DNA of 63,334 nt, the filler included, from Candidatus Coatesbacteria bacterium (lineage in GTDB: Bacteria > JAFGND01): NCBI GenBank assembly GCA_016927185.1. It is 3 parts of 3 records of this genome, joined end to end, with 100 filler letters (N's around TTAATTAATTAA, not from the genome) between each part and the next. Parts side by side here need not be neighbours in the genome. Positions count along the whole stretch, not along the records: positions 43,651 to 63,334 come from JAFGND010000051.1; 2 more parts are not named here. One strand, given 5' to 3'. The notes under the pieces are model-generated. The model was not told the origin of the DNA. It made no database searches and saw only the letters and a list, made by a program, of their open reading frames with translations. Positions 61,283-63,334 of the stretch are shown here, piece after piece. Both the position numbers and the translations under genes were made by a program. Every line of letters starts with the position of its first letter. The first letter of the stretch is position 1.

Positions 61283-63175
61283 ATGGTTCCTAATAGCGAA
61301 ATAATGAAGCTTTTTTACAAAGAGCTTAATCAATTGTTAACAAATATTCATACTGCACTTACTGATATTGAGCATAACAGGAATATCAAGGAGCAGTTCA
61401 CAACTCTCATGAGGAATTTCCATACAATAAAAGGAAATTCTCATGCAGCAGGTTTCTCAGTTGTTGGTGAACTGGCTCACAAGATAGAGGATTATATTGT
61501 TAACCTTATAAAATACTCTGAAAAAATAGATGTCAGATCAAAGCTGAATCCCATTTATCAGACCTTCGATATAATCGAGGAATACAAGAATGATCTTTCT
61601 TTCCTTCAGGATTACAAAGCCAAGCTTCTTTATCAGCTTATTGAAGAGGAAAATATAAATATAACCAACCAGTTCGAGGAAATCGAAAAGCAGGAAGATA
61701 TTCCGGCAGAGGAAGAAGAGGTTTTCAAGTCAGCTCCTGCTGAAGAGACTGTCGAAAAAAACCAGTTGCGACTAGTAATAAGTCTTAACAAGAATTGCAA
61801 TTTCCCTGCTGCCAGAATTCAAGTGATACTGAATAGATGCAAGGAATGGGGAAAGATAATTAATATTGAACCTTCGGAGAAAATACTTTTCAAAAACCAG
61901 ATTACTGAATTCAGGCTTACTATTCAGACCAATGATTCTCTTACAGAATGCATTACAAGAATAAAAGCACTTCCAGATGTAGTTGAAGTGAGATTTTCTG
62001 AATTGAAAGAATTGAAGCCTTCAGATACTACTAAGCTCCAGATTGAATCCAAGGAAATAAACAAGATAACTGACAAGATATCTGAAGCAATAATAGAGAA
62101 GAACAGGATTTTCAATATAATTGCAGAGCTAAATAATCACAAGCTTGATTCTCATATTCATAAGCTGGATATACTTCTCGAGGAAATATATGACAATCTG
62201 CTTGAGGTCAGGCTGGTATCTATTGGAACGGTTTTCGAGCAATATCATTACAGGGTAAGACAGGTGGTAGAATCTGAGAAAAAGAAAATGAAACTTGAAG
62301 AGCATGGCAAGGAAACATTGATAGATCAAACCCACATGGAATGCATCTCAAATCTTGTTCATCTTATCACTAATGCAATAACTCATGGGATAGAAAGTCC
62401 TGAAGAACGCATCAAGAATGGAAAAAGCGAGGAAGGCAAGGTAATAGTTAGTGCAGAAGGGCAGAAAGACAAGGTAATAATAACTGTTGAGGATGATGGA
62501 AGGGGAATTGATGAACAGAAAATCAAGGAAAAAGCTATCAAGCAGCGAATAATTGAAGGTTTCGATACCAATATGTCAATCCTTGATATTCTTTCTCATC
62601 CAGGCTTCTCCACGAAGGAAGATGTAAACCTTTATGCAGGAAGGGGATATGGTCTCAGTTCAGTAATAAAATCCATACATGATATAAATGGTATAATAGA
62701 GCTTCAATCAGAAACAGACAAATTTACCAGATTTACAATAACAATACCTCTTACTATAGCATTAATAAGGGCTGTTATAGTAAATATTGGAGGTCAGGAT
62801 TTTGCAATACCAATAACCCATATAAAGAGGATTGTCCTTGTCAAGAGGTCTTTACTTGTACCTGAGAGAAATGGTTATCATTATGATATTGATGCTGAAG
62901 GCAACAAGATATTCTGCATAGAAGGTTCATATGTGCTTACCCTTAAGAGCATGAAAAGGGAAGAATGCGGTTTGATAATCCTGGATACTGGCGACAGTAT
63001 ATTCGGAATAATAGTTGATAAGATACTTGATGAAAGAAAAATCTACATAATGAAGATAGATCATTATTTCAATCCAGTTAAGGGAGTGTCTTCAGCTACA
63101 ATACAGGATGATGGTCTGCCACTTCTTGTTTTGGACATCTTTGATTTCAGGAAAGCAGTATTGATGGCTGGTTAA
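61283..63175 (+). CDS. cheA: Chemotaxis histidine kinase CheA
   Basis: Hpt RNFHTIKG, P2-like region, HLITNAITHGIE, DDGRGID, GFST..GRGYGL, C-terminal CheW domain. Confidence 0.9.
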   Translation: MVPNSEIMKLFYKELNQLLTNIHTALTDIEHNRNIKEQFTTLMRNFHTIKGNSHAAGFSVVGELAHKIEDYIVNLIKYSEKIDVRSKLNPIYQTFDIIEEYKNDLSFLQDYKAKLLYQLIEEENINITNQFEEIEKQEDIPAEEEEVFKSAPAEETVEKNQLRLVISLNKNCNFPAARIQVILNRCKEWGKIINIEPSEKILFKNQITEFRLTIQTNDSLTECITRIKALPDVVEVRFSELKELKPSDTTKLQIESKEINKITDKISEAIIEKNRIFNIIAELNNHKLDSHIHKLDILLEEIYDNLLEVRLVSIGTVFEQYHYRVRQVVESEKKKMKLEEHGKETLIDQTHMECISNLVHLITNAITHGIESPEERIKNGKSEEGKVIVSAEGQKDKVIITVEDDGRGIDEQKIKEKAIKQRIIEGFDTNMSILDILSHPGFSTKEDVNLYAGRGYGLSSVIKSIHDINGIIELQSETDKFTRFTITIPLTIALIRAVIVNIGGQDFAIPITHIKRIVLVKRSLLVPERNGYHYDIDAEGNKIFCIEGSYVLTLKSMKREECGLIILDTGDSIFGIIVDKILDERKIYIMKIDHYFNPVKGVSSATIQDDGLPLLVLDIFDFRKAVLMAG

Positions 63176-63284
63176 CAATAAAACAGAAACCATTTTCAAG
63201 AATCCCGTTACAACAAAAGTGCAGCGTTTATTCAGCAAGTAATACTTATCAGTAATAAAATTTCTTCTGCAGTCAATTCACCAA

Positions 63285-63334
63285 TCTTTGGGGGGCTAGA
63301 TTAAAAAAAGAGAATAAAATCCTTGACAATCTAT
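63285..63334 (+). repeat. Dispersed promoter-like repeat, copy 2, ending at the window end
   Basis: 19-nt identity AAAATCCTTGACAATCTAT and 11-nt identity GGCTAGATTAA with the reverse complement of 18978-19027. Confidence 0.8.

Overview
Low-GC bacterial genomic DNA, probably from a metagenome-assembled genome. It is not one continuous locus: two artificial linkers (N-run, TTAATTAATTAA, N-run at 18651-18750 and 43551-43650) join three contigs, so gene adjacency across them means nothing. Contig 1 (1-18650) holds a lipoprotein / phosphodiester-glycosidase / large TPR / amidase cluster, an FHA-GGDEF cyclase, trpS, secreted and lipoproteins, and a gyrB-DUF2723-hslV-hslU run. Contig 2 (18751-43550) holds tatA, rimI, a Zn peptidase, an NDP-sugar epimerase, an ankyrin protein and a PAS kinase. 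It also has an accessory block (ARPP-1/DUF6569-like gene, frameshifted NERD nuclease-SF1 helicase, sAC-like cyclase-STAND-TPR, DUF6504-like gene plus dinB), a TetR/TonB-receptor pair, recR, ybaB, ribBA, riboflavin synthase, an M15 peptidase, and an AT-rich PQQ-repeat protein with a T9SS-like C-terminal domain. Contig 3 (43651-63334) holds an esterase, ptsH-ptsI, a short McsA-like gene, an MBL hydrolase, a GT9, hisC, pilB1-pilB2-pilT-pilC, a polyferredoxin and cheY-cheA. The TonB receptor, GT9, T9SS-like domain and DUF2723 suggest a diderm of FCB-like affinity (inference). The best leads are (i) the ARPP-1 plus NERD-helicase candidate conflict module, (ii) two kinds of C-terminal sorting signal on secreted proteins, with non-coding repeats recurring at contig breaks, and (iii) tandem PilB paralogs that differ in their c-di-GMP-binding motif. 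I saw no rRNA, tRNA, CRISPR array or transposase. All family assignments come from motif recognition by eye, not from database searches.
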